In this document: positions 48,801 to 62,139 of the stretch, one piece after another | Layout: each line of letters begins with the position of its first letter | Position numbering within the stretch: position 1 is the first letter of the stretch | From: Vicugna vicugna | Lineage: Eukaryota | Direction: 5' to 3' | DNA length: 64,000 nucleotides | Assembly (NCBI GenBank): GCA_013265495.1 | Contig: MU057999.1 | Span: 1-64,000, forward strand | The notes under the pieces: generated by a model | Told to the model about the DNA's origin: nothing | The model's database searches: none | Seen by the model: the letters and a program-made list of their open reading frames with translations, nothing else | Program-made: the position numbers and the translations under genes

Positions 48801-51800
48801 TGGTCCCTCAGTGAGTCTCAAAACCTCGCACCCTACTTCTCTTCCCCTTGTGTATGTACGGAGGTGAGGGATCGCTGTCACTATTTCATTAACAAAATTA
48901 CCTCTCACTGGAGCATTTAACACGTGCCATGTACTGATATACTTGGTCTTCATGAAAGTCCAACAAGGGAATGAATACCCTACTGTCTCGGGAGGAAAAT
49001 GAGCACAGAGTGGTCCTGATACATCCCAACACCCAGACACCTAGGGCGGCAGCCCAGGGCTCAGGAGGACTGCGTTGGTGATGGGGCTGGAGTAGGAGCC
49101 GGGACTAGGTCAATAAGGCTGCTGGTCCGCTGGGGACACGGCATACCCCGGGTGGCTCTGACCCTTTCCCAGCCCTCCCTGCCTACCACCCACACACCTG
49201 GCTGCAGAAGGGAGTCCTGGAGTCGGAGTACCTGGGAGCTGTCACCCTTCTGCTGTCCTCATCACGGGTCCTCTCTGTACGGAATAAACGTCTGCCAGCA
49301 GGAAGGGCAGGACAACCCCATCCCTGTTGCCTGGCAACCTGAGCCAAACACATCATCAGAAAGGATGAGCTAGAGCACCCCAGGGGCACAGCAGGGAGGG
49401 CTGGGCCCAGGCAGGTGGGCCTAGAATGCCTGCCAAGAGAAGAGGTGGCAGCCTGGAGACGACCCTGCACTGGGACCTGGGGCAGTTCCGGGGGGAACAT
49501 TTGGCAGAGGCCCTGATCCCGTGCCTACATCCCTGCAGCCCCGCTAACCCATGCCGTGTCCAGGCTGGGAGTGTTACTGGCTTGGCATCATACTCTAAGC
49601 TGGCGCTGAATTAGAGAACCAGTTAGAGCTCCAGTGGGCTGAGTGATCAGCAAGTGAGCCTCCGGGGACAGATGGAGAAAGCCGGAGATGGGCTGGGGCT
49701 TATCCATCCACACAGCCAGCTGGAGGCAGACCCCGGACAGAACTAGCGTCTCCGGGGCCCTGATATCTCCAGGCCTGGAGGGAGGGTGAGGCTAGGGGAA
49801 GGATTACCCCAGAGCAGGTGGGAGCCAACTGCTCAGTGTGACTGGCTCTTCCCTTCCTGGTAATAAGTTCTCAGCTGGAACCTGGGGAGCGTCCCTCCTC
49901 CACCGCAGTGGGCCACGGGCTCATGGCCGGCTTTAGCTGCCACCACCCGCCACCCAAAGCAGCTCCTTTCAAATCTCCCCGGATAAGCAGCTCATTCTGC
50001 ATGAGAACGGAGTGCCTGCTTTGCAACCCCGGCTCCATCAAACTCTTGCACAGAGACCTGCTTCCTTCCGGGAACCCACTGTCCTCCTCCCGGCTCAGGG
50101 CCCCCTCCCCTCGCCAGCCTGGGGGAATCTAAGGCCTCTTCCGCCCACCTCCATGCTGTGCTCACTGGCTCCTCTTCAGCAAAGAACTTCGTGTGTAATT
50201 CCCTGGGAGGCATTCACGGGGCACCTCGTGTCCATAAGGCCTCACCATTCTTCTGTCCACTGCCCCCCAACCCCACCCAACCCCGAGCCTGGCCTGCCTT
50301 TGAGGCAGGAGGCCCAACAGTTTCCTGTTTCTTGTGTGACCAGGGTTCGGATTCCAATCCTGCCACACCAGCCATGAGTCCCTGGGCATGACCAGCTCTC
50401 TCTGAGACTCTGCCTCCTGGCCTACAAAACAGGATGGATCTTACACCTACCATAGGGTGCAGGGAAGGTCATGGTGCTTGGTGGAGCCTTGGGTACAGTG
50501 GGTTTTCCTAGATGCCACCTGAGTTAACTGGGGGAAGGACACAGGAACCCAGGAGGGTCAGCTCCATTTTGTCAGGAAGAAATGGAGCCCTGCTCATCCA
50601 CCCTCCTCTCCAAGCCACTAGAATGGCGACCCTTCCGAGGCAGCGACGTGCTTGAGCCACTCCCCGGCTGAGCCTCTCCATCAGTTCTCCACCTCCCTTG
50701 GGATGAAGTTCCAGCTCACGCGTGGGCCCGCCTCTGTGACCTGCCCTCACCTCATCTCCAGCCGCAGGGGAGACTGGGTGTGCCAGTTACCCCCATAGGG
50801 GAAACCCCTTTCTCTAGGGAAACCCCACTAAGACAGCAAGCCCCTTCCCCAACTGTCCAGGCCCTGGACAAAAGCTGTGGTCTCCAGCACAGAATGCACT
50901 GGAATGAAGTCTTCCTCCCTGGCCTGTCCACCGCCCACAGCACCTGCTGGAGCTCCAGTCTGCCTTCCTTTTGATGCATTTTTCTGGAAGTAACCTTTGC
51001 TTTAAAGGCTCTATTCTGCCCTCAGGGGTGGGGTTATCACCTGCTTTCTCCTGAACCCTGGTCTGTCCCTTGGGTGTGCCACCACCTGGGAAGAGGTGGT
51101 ACCCAGCCCAGGACACGTGGTTGAGTCACCCAGGCTCCCATTGGCCTTGTTACCAAGAGACCAGGACAAATATGCTTTTCTACTAAAAATAGATAATTTT
51201 ACGAAAATGACGATGTAGTCACGGCAGTGAAATTTCCTTTTTCAAAAAGATCCCACTTAGTTCCGGGCCCAAGTTACCGAAATAATAAAGGGAGTGGGAA
51301 AGTTCAAACCCCCCCAAAACAGTAAGGGACCACTGTGAGGAGCCCTCTCCTGCCCTGTTCCAGGAACCTTCCTCCTCTCCTGCCGTGTTCCAGGAAGCGG
51401 AGACCAGCCTCTTCACCACTGCAACCCCCTCGGGGCTTCAGTGCCCAGGCCCTGCCTGGGGCCCCACTTCCCAGCAGCCTGTCTTTCGGGCTCTCACAAA
51501 AGCTGCCCATCTCAAGGGCGTGTCTGGTGCTTCTCCCTGGCAACCTTCCCCATCTTCTCTGTGGTGAGAAATGGAAAAGGATGACAGACAGACAGACACA
51601 TAGACGGCTGAGGAAATGCCCAGTACAGCAGCCCACCCCTGATGCTTATCAATTTTGCTGTTCTACCTAACCTTCCCTCACCTTCCCCCGTGGGTCTGTG
51701 CATCAATTTTCTCTAAATTATTTACATTGAGACCAGACAGCCCTGCGCACTCAATGGCTCATTCATTCTGCAACAGTGGAGGACACGCGGCCGGAGGACA

Positions 51801-54800
51801 GGGACTCTGCAGCCTGGGTGGGACACAGATGGTACCACCCTCAGGCCTGCCCTGGGCCAATCTGCAATGTCAAAGCAATACCTATAAGCATAAATATTCA
51901 TGGGCTGATTTTAGGGACGTGATAAGTAGCGAAGGACAATGAGGTTACCCGGTTACATTTTAATGGTATTCATTACAATTTGGAGGCTGCAAATGATAAT
52001 GATGATCAGACCATGCAAACGATGGCAATTACTATTACATCTGCACAGAGAGTGTCCTCATTCCTTCTTTTTTCTTTTCTGGCTAGTTCTCGAGTTATCT
52101 ATCATCAACACTGAGGGCGCCACCTTTCTCCTAAACCAACTACAAGTTACTTCTCATCTTGGTGTCTGTCTGACTGTCTGTCTGTCTCACCGCCCCCACA
52201 CCTCTTCAAACAAAATAAAGCAAAGGTTCTGGGTCTGTACCCAACATTCAAGTTCTCTCTCTCTCATTCCAGCCATTGGGGCAGAGAGGGGCTGAGGCAC
52301 AGAGCTGCATGGTAATTTATCCCAGATCTCAGAGTGAGCTCTGCTGGGGTTGGATGTGTCCCTTCCGCCCCACCCTTCTGCTGGCCTGGCTGCTTTCTCA
52401 CAGTTCTTCAGAGAAGGCGGTGGGGATAAGGGCTGCCCTGAAGAATTCAGCTTCTGTGAGAGGAATGCTGCGTTGGGCATGACCGAGGCTAAATGATCCC
52501 ATCCTCTGTGAAAGATGCTTCAGTGTTGCTGATAAAAAATCTCCGGGCTTGAGAAAGCGGCAGGTGTCAGGATGAACAACCCTATCTCAAAGCCGCCTTG
52601 ATTTCTTTCACTTTCAATCTACGGAGGGGCCATCAGCGAATCCCACATGGCAAAGGTCTCTCATCATTTTCAGATGAGACGTTTAATGAGCACAAACCTC
52701 CTGCAGGCGGGGAGGGGGAAAGATGACTAAGATCTAGTCACCTCAAGGTGCTGACATTTGCTCTGAAGGGACTCAACATTCAGATGGGGCATTTGTACCT
52801 AGAACAAAACTAATAAACACTTAAAAATCCTGAGCAACCAAGACAACAGAGGTCATGGGGCAGCAAGGAATTGTTTTTAAAAAACCTCAGGAAAAAAACA
52901 GAAAAAAGCTCCACCATGGTGGGTGCCCCGGTGGGCTGGGCTCAGCAGAGCCAGAGGGGCTGGGAGGCAGTGGGACGTGGCTCCAGCACAAGCCCCAGGC
53001 CAGCGGTGGCCACTGGGTGGCTGTGGCAGAGTGGGTGGAGGGAAGGCAGAGGCCAGGCTGGGCCACCACGGTGGGGAGGGTGAGCCCTGCGGGGCGGCGA
53101 GGAATGAGATGGATGTGGGGGCACCACCCCTCCCTCCTCAGCACTATCAGGTTGATGCCTGCGGGTCACCCTCACCCTCCTGCTCCCACCCCACACACTT
53201 CTACAGAGCAGGGAGGAGAGCAGATAAAGCTCCCTGGCGAGGGCGGGCCCCTGGCAAGACCTGCTCCCTGCTTCAGCCCAAAGGAGTCCCAGCAGACAGA
53301 AGCACTTCCTCCTCTGACACCCGCCCCCAAAGGTGGGGAGGACGCCCTGCTATGTGCTCCCACAGTGGCTGCTCCTCTCTCCCTCTTCCCAGTGCTCACG
53401 GACCTTTACTGTAATTATACCCGCATATGTCTAGGCTCCCCAGTGGACCATAAGTTCCATGATACAGGGATACACTCAAAGAACTGACTGAATAAATAAA
53501 GGGATGCTGGAAGGAGGAAGGGAGAGAGGGGGAGGGGAAGGGAAGGGAGGGGGGGTGATGGAACAAATGACTGAACGATCTAAGCTGCCCGCAGGGTCAC
53601 TGTGCTGAGGCCAGGAGTGCCATTCACCCTGTGCTTGAGGTGGATGGTGCCTCCAGCAGCACAACTGCTGGGGGGTGGGGAGGGGGCTCAGGGGGGAGAC
53701 CGATTAGAGGGAGAAGCTGGCCTGCTGGCCTCAGGCTGGGAAAGTAGATCGCCCTTGTGTCCCTCAATCTTCCTGCTTCAGCTGGAGGAGCCTCAAGGAA
53801 GGCAGATGAGCAGAGGCCAGAGGGCCGCACACACGTCCCATCCCTCCGCCCTGCCACACACGTGGAGAAGCCCCAGGGGATGCATCAGAATTCAGGAGGA
53901 GGGCTGGGTACCTTCTGCAGACACCTGCTCATGACTGCCTTCTATGGACACCACCAAGTGCACAAGTGCCCTCCTCCAGTCCCCCACCACTGCCGTCAGC
54001 ACAATGGCACGGCCAGCAGACCCAGAGAGCCTTCTGAGCACCAGCAGGACTGCACAGCCTCCCTACTGCAAGGAAACCCTTCATCTGGGTCCACAGCACC
54101 CTCCCCACAATCCCTCCGCCTGCCAAGCTGACACTGCCGGCCAGCCTGTATCCCATGGTCCAGGGCACAGCCACCATTCTGCTGCCAGGAGGGGGCGCTC
54201 TCTTGTGGGCTAGAGGTGTTCTCTCCAGGGTAGCTCCTCAAGGCTTCCCACTCAAACCAGGTCCCTGAGATCTTTGAAGGCGTGATGGTCCCAGGGTTAT
54301 CTGGTCAAGGGCACCCTTTCATCGCTCGGCTCTGAGGCAGGCACTCCTCTCTGGGATCCAGCTGTCTTAGAGAAATGCTACCACTATGCCAGGCACAGGA
54401 AACTAGAGAAGGCCACATCCCTCCAGCCCCTTCCCCTGGCCCCTTTCCAGGGACAGCCCATACAGGCCAGCCTATGCTGTTCTAGAAGTCTCTGTTGTGC
54501 TCAGCTGACCCAAGTTCCCCATGTACAGAAGGGGAGGTTACCTTGGAGGTCACACAGGGAGGGTGAGCCAGGGTGCGGGTGAGGGCTGCTCCCTCCACCA
54601 CACAGGCTGCAGAGGATGTGGGCACAAAGGACCAACACGTGTAAAAGTGCACTGCAGGCAAGATGGAAGTCGTGGCCGTAGTGGCAGTCCCCCGTCCCAT
54701 CAGGCTTAGGGATGCACATGTCCCCTACCTAACTCAGGGCCCCCAGAAGATCTGTAAAATCTATGGTAAACAACCCACCAATGACATATTAAAGTGGGAG

Positions 54801-56149
54801 GAGGTTTTTCAGGGCCTGGGGCTCCCTGCCAGAGGGAACCAGAGTGGCTAATAGCCAGGCTCACTGATGGCAGTGCCTTAATGACCATGTCCCAAGGGCC
54901 CAGAACCATGCTCCCAAACAACTAGCCCGGCACCCCTTCCAAGTCACCCAACCTAGCCAAAAGCCTGACCAGACTACAGCAACCCTCACCCTTCTCAGGA
55001 AGGCTCCCAATTCTTGTCTTCCCCAATTCAAGGTCACCTTATTTCCCAATGACATGTTAGTGACTGGGAACAGGAGACATGAGTTCCAGCCCCAGAAATG
55101 TTAACAACTCACAACAGGACTCTGGGCCCACTCCCTGCCCCTGCCCTGGGGCACAGACTCGCCATATAAATCGCTGGGGAAGTGGAGACTCACACTTTGA
55201 GGCCTTCAGCTTTCCTTTCTGTGATTTTAGGTGCAAAGCAAGTTTGCAGGGCCCAGCAGGGGCCTCAGCCTCAGGGATTCTGAGGAAGATCTGAATATTT
55301 GCTCAAACACACCAGAGACATTCCGCTCATCAAACCCCTGATCCATGACTGAAGCGTGTTCAGACTGGGAATAAACAAGTGTTTGTTGAGAATCTCCCAG
55401 GGTCCAGGCCCTTGGAGAGGCACTGGGGGAACACGAAGGGCTAAGAGAACTGCCCTCAAGCAACCGTTTCACAGAGAAAGAAACTAAGGCTCACAGAGGC
55501 CTCGAAATCTGCCCAAGGGAATACAGCTAAGAATTCAACTCCCAGGGCTCCAGGCCCAGTAAGACTAGCACTGGGATGTGAAGACCCGCCCCCCCCACCA
55601 AATTCTTTCAGGCACAAGAAGTTAGTTCTCTGAAACTGGAATGTATTAAGATCAGAAACTCTGACTTCCGGACACAGGGCTGGCTGGTTGAGTGGATCTT
55701 GTTCTGAAATGTCAGCCTGGCCCCCAAACCCTCATTAGACCTTGACCACCTTCTGATACCTTTCCCTGAGCCAACCCTCCATCCCAGGTAATGAGCAGCA
55801 GCAGGCAGGAGCCTGCCATGTGACCTCCGCCACCCACGAGTACACACATCACAGAGACATTGTTCCCCCAGCCCACCAGGTCCTCTCAAGGTTGTGTTTG
55901 TCTTGGCCCCGTGTACAGACAGGCACCAAATTAGGTGAACTGGACTGGTCAGTAGAGCCAGAGCTGGTGGTCCCGCCTGCAGGGACTGCATTCTCCCAGA
56001 GCAGAGCTGGTCAGGGCCCAGCTTGTCTCCCTGCAGCCCCAGGTGAGAGCCTCTGGAGGGATGCTCTGAGAGCCACTCCCTCCTACAAGTGTCAGGGGGT
56101 CCGTGCTCTTCAATCTGATCTTCCCACCTTGGGTTTCAGAGATGCTTTC

Positions 56150-57720
56150 CCAGGGAGGCTGCTGGACCGCACGTAAGCGGTCTGTCTCCCCCTCCCCCCG
56201 CCCCTGGCCCGCTGCCACGGTGACCTCCCCTCCCCCAAGAAGGGCGGTGAGCTGGGAGGTGGGGGTGGGAAGAATCCGCCGCCAACGCTCTCGGGAGGGG
56301 AGCTGGGAAGCCAGGCAGGGCGTGTCGCCTGGTCCTTTCTCTGCCCAGCGCCAGGCTTCACGGCTCTTGGTGCGAGGCGCCCCGTATTATCCCTCAAATC
56401 CACCTCACATTAGGAATCTTTGCTGCCCAGACCCCATATCCCCAAAGAAGCTAACACACACCGGCGAAGGGCAACGTGTCTAGAATCTTCTGTGCCCAGT
56501 CGGACATAAACCAGGGGAGGTAGGCGACCTGTTCCCCCACGACCTGCACCCGATCTTTCCAGAGAAGACAGGTGTCGGTCTCCCTCCCGCTGCCGTCGGC
56601 CCCGGGGCCTGGACGTGCCCGTAATTACGCATGGTTCAGAGCAGGGGCCGCAGGGAACCCCTCCGGTGCTGCAAGGTTGGGGGCGGCTAGACGCCAGCCC
56701 CGTCTCGTTCTGCAAAGAGGGGCGCCCGGCCACCTGCGCGGTCGCCCGCAGCCGGTGCCGCAGTGCGAGCGAGCCAGCGAGCCCGGAACCTGCACGCCTC
56801 GGCCGGCGCCGCCGAGTGAGCCGCCGCCCTCCAGCCTCCCCGCCGCCCCGCACCTGCACCCCACCCCACCCCAGATCGCACCCTCACCCCCACCTTTGCC
56901 CCCAGCGTCTCCAAGGTTCTTACCCTTAGTCCCTTCCATACCCGGCCCCACCCGAGCCGGCCCCGATCTCTCCATCTCCATCCCTCCCCTCTATCCAGGC
57001 ACGGAGGGGCCTTTCCCAGCCGATCCGCGGCCGGGGTCGCAATGGGGTGGATGATTTGGCGGCGGGGGCTGACTCGGCGCCCAGCCAAGAGAATAAGCGG
57101 GGTACTTACCGCTCTGCTCCCCCAGGAACACCAACTTGAATTTTCTCAGTGGGTTCCCAAAATCTCCCCCTGCGGACATGGTGCTGGCAGCCGGGGCTGG
57201 GAGAGGAGGAGGAGGAGGAGAAGCGAAGGAGCAGGGCGGGGAGAGGAGGAGGGCGAGGGGAGGCGGCCGGCGGTGCGGGAGCCGGAGGGGGAAGGGCTGG
57301 CTGCGCGCGTCCCTGACTCCCCAGCTGCGTCCCGGCCCCGGCCTGCGGCTGCGTGTCCAGCGGCGGCGGAGGAGGAGGAGAAAAAGGAGGAGGAGGAGGC
57401 GGAGGAGGAAGGCTGGGGCTGGGCTGCCGCGGGCGGCGCTTGATGCGGTGCGAGGGGCGCGCTCTGGACGCCCGAGGCGCGGCGCGGACAGCAAGGCGCG
57501 GGCGGAGCGGGGCGCAGGGACGGCGCGCGGGGCGGAGGAGCGCTCTCCGTAGTCGCACCAGTCGGCCCCCCTCCCGCCTCTCTCCTCCCGCGCCTGCGCT
57601 CTGCGCTCTCCCCAGCCTCTGATGTCATGCGGGGCCCGCGGCGCTGCGGGGCTGGGGGATGTTCGCCCACCCACCTGGAGCCCGCATCTGGGTGGGAGAG
57701 GACCTTCTCCCCGTGCCTCC
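56150..57720 (-). promoter_or_regulatory. RAB6B: CpG island / TATA-less promoter, 5' UTR and start of intron 1 of RAB6B
   Basis: Very GC- and CpG-dense. GC box GGGGCGGAG 57529-57537, NRF1-like GCGCCTGCGC 57590-57599, CRE-like TGATGTCA 57620-57627. (GGA)n tracts at about 57200-57250 and 57365-57410 are (UCC)n in the mRNA. The TSS cannot be fixed from sequence. Confidence 0.9.
57110..57179 (-). CDS. RAB6B: RAB6B coding exon 1 ([24 protein letters not shown], 70 nt)
   Basis: ATG at 57179-57177 in context GCCAGCACCATGT (A at -3). Translation is the Rab6 N-terminus and start of the P-loop (GEQSVGKT). Donor G|GTAAGT at 57109. Confidence 0.98.
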
Positions 57721-58523
57721 GAGAGGCCCCTAAATCGGACCCTCTTTCTTTCCCCGTCTACGTCTGTCTTCCCCACTCCACCCCTCCTTTGAATCCAGAA
57801 AATGATATGAAATTGTCAGGGGACGTTTGTTTCTGGTCTTTAAACCTAGATGCCAGTCCCTTCCTCTACCGCCCGCGACACCGATGCACACTCAGCGCAG
57901 CCATCCGAGAGGGCAGAAAGGAAAGGAGTAGGGGGGAGGGGCAGGGTGTGGTGGACCATGTGGGCGCAGACTGGCTCTATTGCAGTCCTGTGCATCTCTG
58001 GCCCTCCCTCGCGCCTTTAGCCCCAGATCCCTCCTCTGGGTGCCTCTGTGGGGTCATAGGTGTCCCCGCAGACCTTACCAGCGAGAGAGGAGGCACCAGT
58101 AATAGGAGCACCTACCTCAAACCAACAGCTTCTAATGGTCATTTTATCCTAAACCTGCTACCTCGTGGGAGAGAAGGAGCAATTACGCTCTGAAAATCAG
58201 CGTGACCCTCTCCAGGACAGTGCTGTGGATTTCTGGACCCTGGGGCCACCGCTGACAATGCCACTCATTGCCCTGGCAATTAAGTGTATCTGGACAATAA
58301 GTCCCCGAGGCCAGGAGGGGGACCTCTCACTTGCCTCTATATTCACCTGACCCGTTAAGGCACACAGTAAGTTGTGAGTGGGTGAGAACAGGCAGAAGAT
58401 GCCCTGTGTTAGAAGTACTGCCAGCTCGAGCCTAGCATTGTGGTTAATTGAGGTTTTACAAAGCTGCCTCCACCTGGTCTGAACATTTATTTGGGATTAT
58501 AACCCCAACGTTTGGGAACAAGC

Positions 58524-58558
58524 TGTGTGTGTGTGTGTATGTGTGTGTGTGTGTGTGT
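58524..58558 (+). repeat. Interrupted (TG)n microsatellite upstream of the promoter
   Basis: Read directly. Confidence 0.9.
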
Positions 58559-58689
58559 TATACAGAAGAAAAGTGAAAAGCAACCTTCATCTCTGGAAGT
58601 TTCCAGGGGACATTTCTTGCCCTCTTTTTAACTCAGGGCTTTCTTGAAATGCCTTCCCATCTAGCTCCCTGGTTTGTTTGCCTAGAGTC

Positions 58690-58820
58690 TCTCCTTCTCT
58701 CATTGCTTCTTAAAAACCAGAGAGTGAGTTCCATGAAAGCAGAGCTGAGGCTCTACTACTGAATCCCAAGGACCTAGCTCAGAACTTAGTAAATAGTTGT
58801 TGAATGTTTGAGTGAATGTC
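58690..58820 (+). mobile_element. L2 3' end fragment
   Basis: gtgagttccatgaaagcagag..tactgaatcccaaggacctag..gtaaatagttgttgaatg. Confidence 0.6.
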
Positions 58821-59699
58821 TAGAACCCAAATCAGAACAAATGTCCCTTTGGTTTGGAGCTCCAGGGACTGTAGGTCATCCCGCTGGCTTTATGGCTTCA
58901 GGCTCAGGGGCCCCTTCCAAACTCCCACCCCACTTCTGCCCTGGGATTTTGCTCTCCCGGGAGACAGCATCCAGCATGGGGCTGAAGGAAGCTCTGGAAG
59001 GAGATGGCACTCCCAATCCGCAGCTCTTCCTGCCTCTTGAGTGGTCCCTCCATAGAAGGGGTAGGGGAGACACTCAACCAGGTAATCTTCCTCCAATGGG
59101 CATTTTCTCCTAACATCTGGTGCTGTCTTCCCATACCCTCGTGTGTTCCTGAGGAAATCGTCTGTGGCAAGACGAAGCAATTGAGGCACGACAGAAAAAG
59201 TACCATCTTTTAGGTGAGCCTGGGCAAGTCTCATGCCCTCCCGGGCCATCCAGTCCATACATGAGACGGTGAGGCAATATGGGATGGTGGGAAGGGACAC
59301 GAGTCCCTCTGGGCACCTCTCAGCCTCTAGGTCAGCCTGCGTGTTGTCTGTGGGCCAGAACGCTTGTGGGACTCTGTTAGGATTCTTCAGTTCAAACGAC
59401 AAAACCCAGCTCCAACCACTTTAAACACAGGGGCATGGGCTGTAGCTGAAGCAAACAGTGGCATGGCTCACAGAATGTGGTCACCGTCCCGTGAGAGTCA
59501 GAGTTGGCTCCGTGTCCCTTTCTTTCCCCACCTTTTGTCATTACTTGCCTCCCCTGATTTGGGGTCTTATTCTTAACCTGCCCCGAAGAAGACAGGCTTT
59601 CTCTAGGTGGCAAAAAAATGTGAAACGTGGCCACCGTGACACTCAGTTTGGCAACCTTGCTAGAACAAGTTTCTCCCACATGGCATCTTTGTCTTCCAT

Positions 59700-61820
59700 T
59701 GTTTGAATTTCTTAAAGCTTCTTTTTGAGGGTGTACAATGTATATGTAAATTGTGAAGAAAACCTACAATTCTGAATGCCCATTTACCCTCCCCCAGCTG
59801 GAGAAACCAATATTATAAGATTTTGAGGCCTCTGTGGTTCCCTCCACTGCACCCCCTTCCCTGCCCAGCACAGAAATCCAGAACCCCCAGCTGACCCTTC
59901 TTTGAGTTTTATCAAATTTGGATGAGTCCTTCAATAACACTTTGTTTTATTTGCATCTTTTGAACTCTATGTAATGGCGTCTTCTTTCCAATGACTTGCA
60001 TTTTTCTTAATATTAAATCTGTTCATGCATATAGCAGCAGTTTTTAAATTTTTCACTGGGATTTCGTACTCTGTCTTCTGCCCCAATTTTAAAATCATTT
60101 TCAGTGAAATGTGTCCAGTTTAAAAATCTGAAATACTTAAGGATAATATCTCACATAGCCATAGTACATTGGTAAAACCAGGAGATTAATATTGGAAAAA
60201 TGCGCCCAGTTTTCTTTCTGCTACTACAAATAATGCTGCTGGGACTACTCTTTACTCCTGTGGGGAGTTGTTCTAAGCTACGTATTGAGGAGATAAACTG
60301 AGGCACAGAACCAAGTATACGTTTTATCTTAATGCCAAACTGTTTTCCAACTATAGCCCTCAGGTTAAATAGTTCTATGTCTTCACCTGTGTTTTTTATT
60401 TTCTACCGTAAAGTCTTGGCTATTCTCGGCTCTTTGCTATTATAAGCACTTTTAAATTAAACTTTAACTTTTGAGATCCTTGTAGATTCACAAGCAGTGT
60501 AAGAAATAAGACAGATCTTGCGTATCATTTATCCGGAGTCCCTCAATGGTAACATCCACATCTTGCAAAACTACAACACAACATCACAACCAGGACCTGG
60601 ACACTGGTACGGTCAGGGTGCAGAACATTTCCACCTTCACGAGGTCCTTTTATAGCCATAGTCACTTCCTCCTGCCCCACTCCCGTCCTAACCTCTAGCA
60701 AACACTGAACCTTTCTTTGTCTCAGTAATTTTGTCATTGTAAGAAAGTTATGTAAGTCGGCTTATACAGTAGGTAACCGGTAACCTTTTGGGGCTGGCAC
60801 TTTCCACGCAGCATAATTCTGCAGAGGTTCATCCAGGTGGTGTGTATGAATAGTTGGGTCCGTTTTACCGCTGGTAGAATTCCATAGGCAGGATTACCAC
60901 AGTTTGTTTACCCATTCACCCACTGAAGGGCACCAGGTTATTTCCAGATTGGGGCCATTATAAGGAGAACTGCTATGAACATTCATGTACAGGCTTTTGT
61001 GTGAATATAAGATTTTATTTCTCTGGGACAAATGCCAAGGATTGCAGTTGCTGGGTCCTATGGTAGCTGCATGTTTGTTTTTCAAAGGGACAGTCAAACT
61101 GGCTTCCAGAGTGACTGTCCCACTTGTCAGTTCTACCAGCAACGTCTGAGGGGTCCAGGCTCTTCACATCCTCACGAGCATTTGGTTTTGTCACTGTTTC
61201 TTTTTCAAGTCTTCTGCGAGGTGTGCATAGTGATATCCCACTGTGGTTTTAATCTGCATTTCCCTCATGGCTAATGACTTTGAACATCTTTTCATGTGCT
61301 TATTTGCCATCTGTATGTCCTCTTTGGTGAAATATCTGTTCATGTCTCTTGTGTACTTTTTGGTTGGATTGTTTGGTTTTTGCTGTTGAGTTTTGAGAGT
61401 TCTCTAGATATTCCAGATACTAGTCCTTTGTCAGATACGTGGTCTGCAAATATTTCCTTCCAGTCTGCGGTTTGTCTTTTCTTCCTCTTAACCAGGATTT
61501 TTGCAAAGGAACAGTTTTCAATTTTGCGGAAGCCCACCTATTGATTTCTCTCCTCTTGAGGATTGTGCTTTCACTGCCATGTCTAAGAACTCTTCGTTTT
61601 AAGCCCTAAGTCCCAAAGATTTTCTATGTCTTTTTCTAACGGCTTAAAAACAGATTTATGTTCTACATTTCAGTTTCTGATCCCATTTGAGTTCAATTTG
61701 TATGAGCGGCAGGACTTAGATTGGAGGTTTGTTTTTAGTTTTTGTTTTGTTTTGTTTTGTTTTTTGCCTATGAATGCCCAGTTGCTCCAGCATCATTGTT
61801 GCTCTATCAAATTCCTTTTT
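59700..61820 (-). mobile_element. Old L1 (L1MC/ME-like) ORF2 C-terminus and 3' UTR fragments
   Basis: ORF 61340..61537 ([32 protein letters not shown]) resembles the L1 ORF2p C-terminal region. Contains gtggttttaatctgcatttccct..gctaatga..tgaacatcttttcatgtgcttatttgccat. Confidence 0.85.
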
Positions 61821-62139
61821 GCACTTTGTCAAAGATCAGGTAGGTCTTGTTTCTGTGGGGGAGGGGGTGGATGTCCACTCTTCACGTGGTCTTCGCTGGT
61901 GCTGCAGGTGGGAGGCCCCTATACTGCCCAGTGGGGACAAAAGGCCCAGCTCCCCTCTTGACCTTCTCCGACACCCCCATCCTAGCCCAAGGGTTGGGGC
62001 ATGTTGATCTAGCTGTAGACATAATCAGCTGCTTTTGTAAATATTAAAACTAAGCCTTTGTGAATATTAAAACTTAAGAAGATGGCAGGTGATGTTCCTT
62101 AAAACACTCAGCTGTTCAGATAGGACATAGTTCTGCCTT

